From assembly GCA_051362555.1 (NCBI GenBank), contig CM120645.1, forward strand, positions 4,154,001 to 4,218,000: 64,000 nucleotides of DNA, in the 5' to 3' direction. The translations under genes were made by a program, and so were the position numbers. The notes under the pieces were generated by a model. The model saw only the letters and a list, made by a program, of their open reading frames with translations. It was not told where the DNA came from and did not search any database. This DNA comes from Lingula anatina (Eukaryota; Animalia; Brachiopoda). Within the stretch, counting starts at the first letter, position 1, and every line of letters starts with the position of its first letter. This document shows, piece after piece, positions 28,962 through 41,800 of the stretch.

Positions 28962-30149
28962 ACATGCGAATGCACTTTTCTATGTTCAGTTCGAGACATT
29001 TGAGCACAATGCAGATTGATTTTGAACAAGACTTGACTTGCTACTCTTGTCTGGTTATACAGTACAATGATCTTTGCAAGCGAACTACTATTACAAGATG
29101 TGTATACAACACACAACATGTCATTTCCATGACTTTAATATTGAATTTTTTTGATTGTTACTTTGATATTTCAAAGACTGATATATGTATTAATTATCAT
29201 GTTAATGATTTGCGACATGCACAAAGTCATTTATGGTTTTAGTCTTGACAATAATTATTATCATGTAATATTATAAAACGTATTACAAAAAATTATTCAC
29301 GATTTTATTTTAGCCGTAAGATATTGATTTTCGTTAGCTATGATATATTATGTAAAATGTAAATATTATAATTAGTATATTTTATTTTATCTCCATTGTT
29401 AAGTATTTAATATAAGTATTTAGCATCTGTTAAGCACTTAGAATGAATTATAATATGTTCTATTTTTTTTTTAGATTCTGACGAATTAGTATATAAAATT
29501 TACATAGATTACAGAATTGTCAATTTATCATTTCAACCTTTTTGAGAATTTATGTAAACATTCAATATATATAAATTAATTGTATTTTAAACCTAGTTTT
29601 CAGATAAATTTATCTTCCGAATTGATAAACAAATGGACTTTGTAAAGTTAATTGGTTCTGCTAATTATATGATGATATCAGAAGATTACATAGTTTATAT
29701 GTTGCATCAAATACCATCAGGTATTGGTAAATGTATTATTCAAGCAATATATTATGCATAAAATGTTACTGATTTAGTCAAAGTTAGCATATTATTGCTA
29801 CGACTTTTAAACATTGCCGTTAAATATTATAATGAATCGCTACTGAATAAGGATAAGGATATATCATATAAAAGATTTCGACGACTTATTCTTAAAATAA
29901 TAACTGACGGTAATTGTGTTCTTACCATGACACAATGTCCTATTTGTACATACATTGAACATTAATGCATGAAACAGATTTATGTCAGGTATATTTTTAC
30001 TTCATTAAGGTAATATGACGAGTTTATGATTAAATGATCAGCGAATTTGATGTTATTCGATATTTGCTTTGCTTCAAAAAAATTTAAAAAGGAGTGTATG
30101 TTGTAAAATTTTAGGATTCGAGGACGAATTACTTTGAAGAAAGGGTGTA

Positions 30150-30559
30150 TGTTGTAAAGTTAATGACTTACGCTTACACTAATTACAATTAGTAACAAAA
30201 GGGAAATCAAATAGATGAAAAGTTAAAGTGGTATTGAGTGTAAGTTTCATCAAGAATCAACAAGTGTAGAACATGTTTTTATTGTCAGAAAAGGATGGAA
30301 AAGGTCAAAGTCAGTAACAGTTAATTTGATTGGTTAATTTCATAATAGATTTCAATTTTGACCAATTGTTTATATGATAACTGAGTTTTGGATATGATAC
30401 AAGTATGAGTAATTCAAATAGTATTTTTGATAATTTTAGTTGAAAACAAGGCTCTTAGACATTGCCTGATAAGGGAATGTTCTGTGGTAAAGTCAACATG
30501 AGAATGGAAAGTTGCTGGAAATCACACCATAAACAATGAAAAGAACAACTACTACAACA
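30150..30559 (+). repeat. Putative 3' LTR (~410 bp)
   Basis: Starts TGTTGTA right after GAAGAAAGGGTGTA and ends TACAACA (7-bp inverted termini). Confidence 0.55.
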
Positions 30560-30731
30560 ATACTCTTATAACGACGACGACGTTCTGGAGTCTTCAATCA
30601 TTTCTTCACCACGCACTTTTCATACAATTTTACAAGTATTTATACTCTAATTTTCCATATCGATCAAGCGTGTAATTAATTGAATAAATGATTGAAGACT
30701 CCAGAACGTCGTCGTCGTTATAATAGTATTG
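30558..30731. mobile_element. Short foldback element with ~45-bp TIR (CAATAC..TTATAACGACGACGACGTTCTGGAGTCTTCAATCATTT)
   Basis: Near-perfect inverted repeat around an ~80-bp spacer. Confidence 0.75.
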
Positions 30732-31688
30732 CGGCTGATACGTAATAGTTTTGACCGACTAGCAGGTCCTGGCGTAGTAGGTGGGAATCTTACTGATGTC
30801 TAATAAACTAAGGCCTTAATTTTTCTCAAAATTCTCCGAAGATGTGTCAGGACATAATGGTAGAAAAATCTGTTCGCGAATAGTTCACGGGTGTTACTGG
30901 ACCGGATGTCTCAGCTGACTCAGCTGGCAGAGTTCTCGCCTCCGATCGTCTCCCACGGCGGGTCACGCTTAAAAAATTCACCAGAAAATGCGGTCACTGC
31001 TTTCTCCTAGCCAAGCATTAAGCGTATAAAAAAAGCAGGAAATTAAGACCTGGCCATGGTATTAGACCAACTGGTTATTGCATACAATGAGGAGGTTAAT
31101 GAATAAACCGTATGCTATGCTGTTTCCAAATGTATAATATAGGACGTCTTGTACTACAAGGCCAGAAAGCGGGTTTAGTGATATGGAATGATGTAATTTT
31201 AATGTTTTAAAAGTGGTATTTAGGTTGGTTTCCCTTGGTGTCCTCGACTAGCTGTAAAATTAATTTCGAACGCCCTCCTTTTTGACTATGGTAAACTTTG
31301 AGCGCTATACTGTAGCAGCTTGTGCTGTATACCTCCCAGGAAGATATGAGATCAACAATGTGTTTTTTCAGAATGATGAACGGGGTGCGAGCTTCTTTTG
31401 GATCTGTCACCTATCCCCATGGCATTAATTATAATCAATACTTGTACATGGTGTAATGAACCTTTTCATACATATGGAATGAATGGCCTAAACTTACATA
31501 ATTTTTGTACGCTCAATTCAAGCATGGGCTCGAAATAGGACATTGCGTTTTTTGGCTTACTTAGTGGATAACGCAATCTAGAGATTCCACGCCTCGTGTC
31601 AGATTTACGTAAGGCCGCGCAAAGAGAACCCAAGTCCACATAATGACCAGTTAAACGATTCATTCGTCAATGCTCGGTATCTACAAAT

Positions 31689-32325
31689 TCAGGCCTACCC
31701 AACTAACAGACTCGGCACATAAGGCTCCTGAATTAACCGGTATATCGGACCACACTACCCATTTTCAAGGTGTGTGTCAAATCGCATTTTGGAGTATCAT
31801 ACCCCAGAACAAATTTTGTAGGACGACCGCGGGCTCATCCACGCTCGGCTGTCACCTTGATTGGATAGTAAACGATTGTCGTAAAATCGCTATATGATTT
31901 TAAAACCGGGTGCATAAATTTGAAAACCACCTGGAACAACACTTAGACTGCACTCTTACTTTAGAGTACTCGGTTTTATTGTCTCTATGGGGGTATATGG
32001 AGACTTTACGACATTCGGTTTGAATGCTTTAACAACTTTTGATAGGGCTTTTTGCATTGTATTAGATTAATGTGGCAGTCTCAGGTTGTTCTAGGTGGTT
32101 TTCAAATTTATGCTCCCGGTTTTAAAATTATATAGCGGTTTTACGACAATCGTGTACTATCCAATCAAGGTGACAGCCGAGCGTGCCATGGGCTCATCCT
32201 GTCGGTGTTCTGACTGATACTCCGAAATGCGATCTGACACACACCTTGAAATCGGGTAGTGTGGTCCGATATACCGGTTAATTCAGGATCCTTATTTGCC
32301 GAGTCTGGTAGTTGGGTAGGCCTGA
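31689..32325. mobile_element. Long foldback element with ~260-bp inverted arms
   Basis: TCAGGCCTACCCAACT...AGTTGGGTAGGCCTGA; a further copy of the arm end lies at ~54518-54600. Confidence 0.85.
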
Positions 32326-33009
32326 TATTCTAAGTGAAGTCTCCAAATCCTTACTCTCCGAAACTGCGTCTGTTCCGTACTCCGTCGCAATCTCCTTTTC
32401 TCTTCTTGTCTCCTATTCCCTCTACGTATCAGTTCTCATTGCTTATATATACTAATTTGTTATCTATGGTCGATGCACACATACTTTAATTACTTATAAT
32501 TGTATAATTAATTTCTTTTCATCGGCGTCATACAAAGTGGCCGCCACATTATCCACAACTATTGGACCACAAGACGTTGCATCATATGGCCTCATAAGAT
32601 ATCTTTATGTCGGACACGACAATGGTCTCACCCAAGGAGACTGCAGTGGTCCACAGGTATCAAAACCTGTTCTGTCATTCAATACTGGAATGGCGTTGCC
32701 TTTGCTGTTCAACCAAGATTTTTGTTTTACCTTATAGGCTACTATCGATGGTCGAAATAGGGAGCGTTCCCATAAACTCATCGTACTAGCTGGATCGATT
32801 TAACACTGCAGGGATTCTCGCTAAATTGCATTCGGCTGAAGCGGCTTAAATGTCTGGCACTCCCACTCAACCTGATAGTCAATTTCCCCCAAATTTCTCA
32901 AGGGGGCGTGCCAGATAATTAAACTGATTACACTGTAACGTGTTGGGAACGTCTGTCGGAAGGTTGTGTGCGGGAGAATATCGCAAGTGGTGCCGTGTAA
33001 GAATGGGTT

Positions 33010-33655
33010 CAAACAGATTTACATCGATCCATCTGGGGGTTCACGCTAAATTGCTGTCAGCTTCCGAGAGCCGAGCGCGCACAAAAGTTAATTACCCCCT
33101 TACAGCTTTTAGTAGGCGGGACAGACATTTAAGCCGATCAGGCAATCTAGTGCAATCTAGTGAGACTCCCCAGGGGGATAGATCGATCTAAATATCTGTG
33201 GGAATGGTCTCTAAGAGTGCATTCCCAGAGATTTAGATGAGCCATCCGGATCGACCTAATTCCCTGGGAGTTCACGTTAAATTGCAGTCAGCCGAGCGGG
33301 CACGACAGTTAATTACCCCCTTACAGCTTTTAGTAGGCGGGACAGACATTTCAAAAGACTAAGACTCCGTTCACATGAAAAATCTATTTTCTAAAAACCT
33401 ATTTTCTATTCGCGGTATCTTGTGATCACTACGAGCGCAGCCGAGAATTAATTACAGCTTTGGAAGTAACTGGCACGCGCTGCCAGTAATTACGCCTCGG
33501 GGTATTCAGGGCACAGACCGTGATTACAAGATACCGCGAATAGAAAACAGATTTTTAGAAAATAGACTTTTCATGTGAACGAAGCCTAAGCTGACAGTAA
33601 TGTAGTGAGACTCCCCACAGGAATAGATCGATCTAAAATCTGTGTGAATGGGGTC
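33010..33655 (-). mobile_element. Two tandem family A MITEs; the second (33215-33655, TAA target duplication) contains a nested family B MITE (33363-33586, TAA target duplication)
   Basis: Host sequence resumes (GCTGACAGTAA) after the inserted element. Confidence 0.85.
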
Positions 33656-33936
33656 TAAGTCTACGTTTGGAGAGCATTCCATGCCCATCATTTTTTTTTT
33701 TTTTGAACGTTAATAGGACTGTTTGCAGTGACAGCCTCAACTGATAAGCCCTAATCCTAACCACTTTCAACAGGTTCACAAGAAATCTATGATCAAAGCA
33801 AGATGAGAAAAAAAATCTCTATGATCGACAATTTAGAACATTGCAATGCTCAGTGGAAATAAATGTACGATGTCAACGAAGAATGTTGCTTTTTTTTTTT
33901 TATATATATATATATTTTTTTTTTGTAGTAACCTAC

Positions 33937-34134
33937 CTGTGGCAGAATTCTTCATCACATTACCAGTGCAATTAGAGCACTTGTTAAACTTTCGGCACCT
34001 ATTCTGGTATTTTCTGCATTGACAGTATGTGACCCCACAGTCTTCTGAGAAGAAGCACATTGCGTATTTTGGAGCACATAGTGGCTTTTGTCTTGTGTAA
34101 GAGCAACGGTAACATACATGTACCTGTGGCGGAG
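33937..34134 (-). CDS. Type-I membrane protein, exon 2 (10-Cys ectodomain, CYRC...CSNC)
   Basis: Strong polypyrimidine/ttttag acceptor, gtaggt donor, 198 nt open, phase 1-1; overlaps ORF 33833..34060. Confidence 0.75.
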
Positions 34135-34876
34135 CTAAAAGGAAAAAAAATTATTCCAATAAAATGATAAATTCAGTTTTCACCTTGTGAAATTATACCT
34201 TGTGTATTTTTCAAACTGAACCAAATTGAGCAGGTGCACGTGCGACAGAATAGGAGGACCACCGGCCTCCCTGCAGCCAGTTGTGTGTTTCATGATTTTG
34301 GTTATGTTTTTTTTTTTTCATGCGGATTTCATATGGTTTTGTTTTTTCATGCGGTTTTGTGTAACACATATGGATCTTTCACATTTTTCTGATACTTCTG
34401 TACGAGAATTGCTCATGGACTCTAGAATTTATATGAAATACGTCGATAAATAATGACTGTATTTATATTACGTTAGTCTGTAAAAGAAACTAAAAAAAAG
34501 TCACATTTCGGTGTGACTGAGTCTATGGATAATATAGCTGCTTCAGGTACATGGAACACAATGATAAATTTATATAGTGCCCTTTACACTGGGCTTGCCA
34601 CGAAAGAATTTTGGCCCGCTTTCACAAATATATAACAAATATGAAGGCAATATATAAAGCTCATTAGGATTGGTGTATGAATTCGATGATGACCGTTAAA
34701 TATTGTCAGATTCCAACCTTAGAATTAGTAGACAGTTAAAAAAAATTTTAATCCGACCGCAAGCCCGATGAAACAGGGGCCATAGTTTCTGCACTGTGCA
34801 TTTATCGGTAGTCCCACATCAAGTTTACTATTACATAGAGATGCAATGAATATTGGCTTAGCTTAAATATACTCAC

Positions 34877-34943
34877 CCCAATTTCCACTACACGTCACCC
34901 AAAGCAAAATAAAACTGAGTGGCACTGTATATATCATGTCCAT
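34877..34943 (-). CDS. Uncharacterised type-I membrane protein, exon 1 (signal peptide MDMIYTVPLSFILLWVTCSGNW)
   Basis: ATG, hydrophobic core, phase-1 gtgagt donor that matches the next exon. Confidence 0.65.
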
Positions 34944-37263
34944 ACTGTTCTTTAAGATATATCAGTTTTAAATGACAGTCTGCAGTATGGTAACGATATA
35001 TATATATATATTGTGGATGTACATGTAACACTTCCTTTTAAAACTAGATCACAGACTAGTCAGGGTGAGAAATCGTAGAAGAGATGACACGCATCCTAAT
35101 TATAGCTTTTAGGGGTGTACTTTTACAGTAAGTTGTCCTGTTATGAAAAAAAGCGCTATGTTACGTCTTACCCGTTTTCTATATGCCCCGACTCTGTATA
35201 TTTTCCGATCTTCTGTGTCATCGTCGAACGCAGACACATTTTAAGAATGACTCATTGGTGCATTTTGGTGAAAGAAATGACAAAAACTATATATGTAAGG
35301 AAATGTGTAATCATGCAGTTGGCATGTTCGAACAGATCGTGCAGTTCCAAAAGTGGTAAACAATTCACCTCGTTATGTCAAATTTGCTACATGTATGTAA
35401 GCTAATGTGAGCTGCTGTTTCACTATTCTGAATTCTCTTAACTGGTCTACTATGCTTAGTCGATGGTTATCTTTAACACAGTCTTTTCTAGCACACACAA
35501 CTTGTACAACTAATTGTTTTAAAGAATTAAAGTTTGAAATGACTTTAAACGGATAACACACAATAACCTAAGAATTATAAAAGATCCACTTTGGCGTGTG
35601 GTGTTTTAACTTTCACACAGATATTTAAAACTTTTATGAGAAAAAAATGCGATTGAAAAAAAAAAAAACGCTGTCGCTGATGGTTTCAAGGTAAAAAAAA
35701 CGATCTTCAAAATACCATGGATATTGATAAAGAAACTCTGCATGTTTTATAAACGAAATGCAGTGAAAAATTCTTTTCAGCGTTGTTAAGTAAAAAAAAA
35801 AAACTTGATAGATCAAGAAGTTGGATAGATACATTATTTTCTTGTTGCAAAACTTGTCCTGTGACCTCAGATGAAAGGTAATCCATTTGAGGAAAATACA
35901 AATCAAATAGTGTTTCAGACAGAGCAATTACTAGAAGGTCCATTACCACTTGCGGCTAAACAATAAACCCCTAATGAACGCTGATGCACAAACTACAAAG
36001 GGATATGCTTTATTACTAACCATCAGTAGACATAATGACAATAAGGTCACCAGAATCTGGACATTATCATTCCAGAAGAGTGGATATGAACAGGAACGAT
36101 CCGTAATGCCTCCAATTTGCGGTTTGTCTGTCTGACCGTCTTGTCTGTCTGTGTGTCTGTCTGACCGTCCGTTTGTCTATCTGTGTGCATGTCCAGAATA
36201 ATATGGTCACTTTAAGATCACGAACAGATTTTTTTCATACTTCTCATGCTTTTCCAATGAAACGCCTATTGACTCTCTAAACTATAATACTAGTAACTTA
36301 AGAAAGGTATAAGGGTTTGATAATCTTCGTTTCATGCTGTAAGCATCAAATCAAATGTTCAGATTGTTGAGGCAAACAGCATGCAGTCCAACGCGGGCGA
36401 ACTAGGTTCGAAACCCATTTGCAAAATGTCTGCCAATCGCCAAACGTTTACCAGGAGACCAATTATACAAAATAACGTCTCACAACACAGGCACGGTCAT
36501 TATTGTAAAGGCCATTACCGATTATTGCTATAAATTAATAGGTTTCCAAATGAGGATTAATGGGTAAAATGGGTAGAAAATGTTTTTACATGAGACCAGC
36601 CTATTGTTCGAAAACAGTCTTTTTTTTTCTTTTTTACAAAATAAATGTAAAAATGCGTCGATAAGGTATCAAAATAGTTTTTAATCTTTCCCCAGAAAAA
36701 ATTGCAGATTAAAAAAAATTCCTCGTTATTTTCACAGGTTCCATTTCAACGGGTTCATTGTGACACGGAAAGAAACGACGAAAAGTTTGCGAACAAAGAT
36801 TTTGGTGTGTATCAGTGAAGCATCATAGAACAAAACAAGATGAGAAACTATTAACTTTCACTACCATTCGTTTCGGTTATCATATATGTCTCAAAGCGGA
36901 CATTGATGAATATGACATAATTATCTTTTCACGGTACATTTATTTTCCTGAAAATTGAAACGAAAGTTCGTATAAAAGAAAAAATTAGCATCAATTAAAA
37001 TTCATTTGCACACATTGTCTCAAAATCATACACAAAAAACATTTAAAAAGTCATCCATTTGAATCAAAAGTTATATTCATAAATGCTTTGGCCGAGTTTG
37101 TCATTCTCCCCTGATTATTACTACTATTACATGTAGCAGTTTGGAAGAAAGAAAATGTTTCAATGTTACAACAAGTCGTATGAGTTATTCACACATATCT
37201 TTGCATCTGCAGAATGCATCGGATATATAGGCCTACCTTGGAGCATATGTCTATTTTTACGTG

Positions 37264-38334
37264 CTACATTTCAGTATCATAAGTGACCTGCGAAGTTGCT
37301 ATTTCAGAATATTCATATCCGCATAGTTTCTGTAACCCATTTCTGAATTTTTTACTAGAAACAAAATATATGGCAAAATTGATGGTTGAATTGAGTACAA
37401 ACGTAACGTTAGTAACCGTTGCTAAGTGTGACATTAGTGGCGGCGGAGTTTTAGCCTTGCCCATGTATGCCAAATCTAGAATTCGATACAAGAGCATTGG
37501 GGTATGACAGCACATAAAAGTGATCACCACGGCGACGGCCATTTTGGTCATCTGTTCGCCATCATTGTTAGGCACTTCCTGGCCCATTTGCCGAGCTCTC
37601 TGTCTCATTTTATGGACTTCCCCAATAATCCGCACTGTGGTGTACGCCATGATCGTGAGAGGAAGGAGGATGTTCACGACGATATTTGCTGCTAAAACAT
37701 AACCGATATGAAACGAGTCGTGATGCTTTTTCAAATACAGAAACAAGTCTGTTGTGTTTGTTTTATCTTGGTCAACTCTCACCAGTTTAAGGTACTGAGG
37801 AACATTGTAAAGAACGGCTGAACAAACGACCAGGCTAACGGCAATTCTTGTTCGCCTCATGGTGCGAAGGGCATTTGCTTTTAGAGCAAGACAAAGGAGA
37901 ATGTAACGGTCAAGAGCCACGACGACTGTCATCCATATTGACGCAGTTCGGACCGTGTTCAAAAACGGGGCTGTTTTGCTGAAAACCGTCGTCACCAAAT
38001 TTGCCTGCTCCGCGGACAACGTTGAATGGTTCCTAATCAGCAACAGTAGTGACATACATAACATCAGGCAAAGGAGCAAGTTGTCGAGAATGGCCAGAGC
38101 TTCCAGTAGCCAGATGGTAACGGATTTCGATTTTGATTTCACAAACACGGCAACTGCCAGAGTGTTTCCAATTACTCCAAGAACGCAGACGAATGTAATA
38201 ACCCAGACCGAATACGGCGTAACAACGGCGGTTGTGTCGTCGGTGTAATAGGTGGCATTAGTCAATATTTCAATGACGAAGGACTTGTTAACTTTAGTGG
38301 ACCACTCTCCGATGGAAAAATTGGCGGTCTCCAT
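37264..38334 (-). CDS. Class A (rhodopsin-like) GPCR, FMRFamide-receptor-like/peptide-receptor-like orphan, intronless CDS, 356 aa
   Basis: Seven hydrophobic helices; TM1 GN, TM2 LAxxD, TM3 DRY, TM6 FxCCHTP, TM7 NSTINFAIY, helix 8 SKKFR; N-terminal NxS/T sites. Confidence 0.93.
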   Translation of the reverse strand: METANFSIGEWSTKVNKSFVIEILTNATYYTDDTTAVVTPYSVWVITFVCVLGVIGNTLAVAVFVKSKSKSVTIWLLEALAILDNLLLCLMLCMSLLLLIRNHSTLSAEQANLVTTVFSKTAPFLNTVRTASIWMTVVVALDRYILLCLALKANALRTMRRTRIAVSLVVCSAVLYNVPQYLKLVRVDQDKTNTTDLFLYLKKHHDSFHIGYVLAANIVVNILLPLTIMAYTTVRIIGEVHKMRQRARQMGQEVPNNDGEQMTKMAVAVVITFMCCHTPMLLYRILDLAYMGKAKTPPPLMSHLATVTNVTFVLNSTINFAIYFVSSKKFRNGLQKLCGYEYSEIATSQVTYDTEM

Positions 38335-40106
38335 TTCAAAAATCCAATATTTTTTGTCAAAATCTGGATATATATATATATATATACGGCTGAAGTGGCA
38401 GACGGCCTTAAACCTCGTAAATATGCATACACCCGAGGCCAGATAACATGTGGTTGCTTTGCCCTATCAGTCCTCAGTACAAATGTGGAGATTACACAAA
38501 ACAGTATTCCAAAAATAGAAAGGAAATAATGAACAACCCTAGATGAACCAATGATGAAATGAGTGTGAATTTCTATGCCAACCTAATTGTCTGTAAATGA
38601 AAATTGCCTGTTAGTTTGTGATCTTTATTATCGACCGGATCAAGTGATGCGCATGCGTACTCAACAGTTTCCACACATCACAAGGTAACAATTACTAATT
38701 CCTTTTGTGACACAGTAATAAACAAATGATCAAACTTGATTGGTATAGGCCGTTAAGTCCACTTAACGCCATAGAATCTCTCATGATGACGTCACACACG
38801 TCGAAACGGAATAGGTTTGTTCTTAAACTAAAGGGATGGATGTCATGCAGCTAGGGCACTTGTAGTTCTTCAGATTTAGAAAAACACCGAAAATTGATTG
38901 CACACGATAAAAATCACGGCCATATTGTTTCTGTCCTTCAACATCATAATGAAACAACCCTCTCCCGTATTCCCGTCATCAATCCTGACAGCAGGTGAAT
39001 CTAATGTAAAGACATATACAAAACTGTGGCAGGTGAGGCCGGTCCATTCTGGTGCCACTAACACATTCCTTGATCGTGCGTCTCGCCCGTCCAATAACCC
39101 GAGCTTTAGACACTCAAACTAACTTTCAAAGGTTTACAGAGAGCCTTGCAGCATATATAATAAACAAATTTGAGTTCCTGTGAAGTTTTGTCACCTAGGT
39201 TTGTCACCAATTTTTATATACATTGTATGCCCTATAAAGCCGTTGAGACATTTTAGATATATAAACCCGTTTCCTACTTTACCGACACCAGCGACATTCA
39301 CCAATCTCATCTCAATAATATAACAGACTCAAATACTTAAAACTTACAACTTAAAAAATGGTGTTTTATATTTGATGGTTTTGGATATGGGGCACTCTGG
39401 TCATTAAGGAAAAAATTGTCGTGTCGAATTTTTCAAGAAAATCTTAATGGCTGCTGCACATGTATGTAGAGCTCTATCCCTAACTGTGTGCCTGCAAGTA
39501 CACATTCAGGGTTATTAGTTGACAGTTGTGATAGGAGAGATGACTCAATCGCCATTAACGCAATCTGCGGCAGTGAAGACTTCATACCGCAAAATGACAC
39601 ATGCTAGATAAGATATTAAAATGGTAAAAAGTTAGTTCATGTGCAGACACCATCAGTTCACTCTGCGTGTGACAAGATAATAATGGACCTGGAAAACGTT
39701 GAAGTTGGAAACTCAGCTAAATATTATCGAATATTCAAAATATATATTACAAACGAAAAAGAAAAAAAGGAAAACGGCATTGTGTCACCATATACTGTAT
39801 TTGTTTCAGTTTTTTAGTTTACAAAAGATAATTAATATCGTGAAAAGCAATTAACAATAGCAAAAGACCTGTCTGTGCATATATAAAGAAACAAACATAC
39901 AAGTAGTGCCCTAAACACACACAAACACACACAAACAAACACACACACAAACACACACATTCACGCGTACACACCTTAAACCTGTTTGAGCATATAAGGT
40001 CTAGAATATATAAGGTCTAATTATCATGGTAATTAGCACCAAAGGCTATTGTGACATGTGTTAGTCAGTACTTGGATGTGCATCCTCTGAAATGAGGAAA
40101 CACTTA

Positions 40107-40331
40107 CACCCCATTTCCATAGATTTTTTGATCGGTCTATCCCTGTGGGGAGTCTCACTAGATTACTGTCAGCTTGGCGGCTTAAGCGTCTGTCCCGCCT
40201 ACAAAAAGCTGTAAGGGGGTAATTAACTATGGTGCCCGCTCGGCTGACTGCAATTTAGCGTGAACCCCCAGGGAGTTAGGTCGATCTAAATCTTAATCTT
40301 TAGATCGATCTAAATCTCTGGGAAAGCACCC
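40107..40331 (+). mobile_element. MITE family A copy, TTA target duplication
   Basis: Nearly identical to 13713-13938. Confidence 0.88.
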
Positions 40332-41552
40332 TTAGTGTACAGTGTAACATCTGACAGGAACCAACGCTTTACACTTTTACTTCCGATCTTTATGAAAACA
40401 TCTGCAAGGGAAAGGGTCGTCCTCGACTGTACGCTGTGTATTTGTATACTAACATGTGCTTGTACAGTGTTGTATTTGCAAGTTTTGGACACCTATATGG
40501 AGGTTGTGATTATCCCTTTAGTCTAATTATATTATATTATATTATATTATATTATATTATATTATATTATATTATATTATATTGACTATAGATACGGACT
40601 ATACCATAATTTAGGTGACGTTTAAGTTGATGAAATCCATTGGTGACATTAAAGTGCCGTTAAGCATCCGTTTTAATTTGCCCGGCGACCGCAACTTTAT
40701 CTTTATCTTTGCCATGTAAACTTTCGAATCCTAACTTTCCCACAAAACTGTTGAACGCCGAAAGCGTGCGTTACTCGATTTCAAAAGACCCTTTGCATGA
40801 CCAAACGTTGTGAAAAGTAGAATTGTTTTGGAGTGAAAAAAGGGCATCGACTTTGAAAATGTTGATCGCATCAAACACGACAACGTACAAATTTTCCGTG
40901 ATACCCGGCATGATGATAAGATTGACTGGTTTGCAATTACTCATAGGGAAGAAAAGTCATTCTGTATAATTTGCCTGGTTATTGTTTTCTATTATATTCT
41001 GGCACTGGGCTTTTAAATTCAAACAAAAAAAGCGACGAAGATTTTTTTTCGAGATAGAGAGAGGGACTGAACTTTCTGAATTAAATATGAAAGTCAAAGG
41101 AACTTCCAAAAGGAAATTCTGTAATTGTGTAATAATGGCGACAGCAGTAAAGGAAATTGTGGACAATCCATTTTCAGAACACGCGACAAGCACCGTAACG
41201 ACAGGGATAAATATGGGGAGAAAAACAAAACCTCGCGTTATAAGATAAAATGTAACAATATGCTGTTGTTTGGCGAAAACAACCCAACAGACAACAAAAC
41301 AAGTAAATGGTTTGGGTGATGTCCCCGGTGCCGACTGGAGACGACTGGGCATTTGAATGGCCCATTGATACTTAGCCAACCGTGGGCATGACGCCCCCTC
41401 TCACTCTCACCTGCCCATAAACATTACTGTCACACCCGTAAACAACAGGTATATGTCAAGACGGAGAGATTGACTGGTGCATTACGTGAGGCTTGTAAGG
41501 TACATCCACTCTGAGCCGAATTCCTTTCTATTTGGCAGTATTTAGGGTTTTC

Positions 41553-41800
41553 TCAGACGAGTTCCCATGTTTAGATCGATCCATCTGGATCGACCTAACT
41601 CCCTGGGGAGTCTCACTAAATTGCTTTCAAATAACCGGCTTATGTCTGTCATGCCTACCGAATCACCTAGGAGGTAAAGATAATTACCCCCTTACAGCTT
41701 TACTAGGTGTGATAGACATTTAAGCCGGTCAGGTTGACAGCAATTTAGTGAGACTCCCCAGGGAGATAGATCGATCCAAAAATCTGTGGGAATGGTCCCT
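41553..41800. mobile_element. Family A-related MITE with more symmetric arms
   Basis: GGGGAGTCTCACTAAATTGC / GCAATTTAGTGAGACTCCCC on opposite arms. Confidence 0.7.

Larger units (their letters stand above)
27950..30559 (+). mobile_element. Degenerate 3' part of an env-carrying Gypsy-like LTR retrotransposon
   Basis: Broken env-like ORFs 28111-28961, long very AT-rich 3' region, purine-rich PPT-like tract, then an LTR-like segment TGTTGTA...TACAACA. Left boundary approximate; no gag/pol visible. Confidence 0.55.

Noticed and set aside
40957-41379. 140-aa and 88-aa overlapping ORFs
   Set aside because: No recognisable motif or convincing splice context
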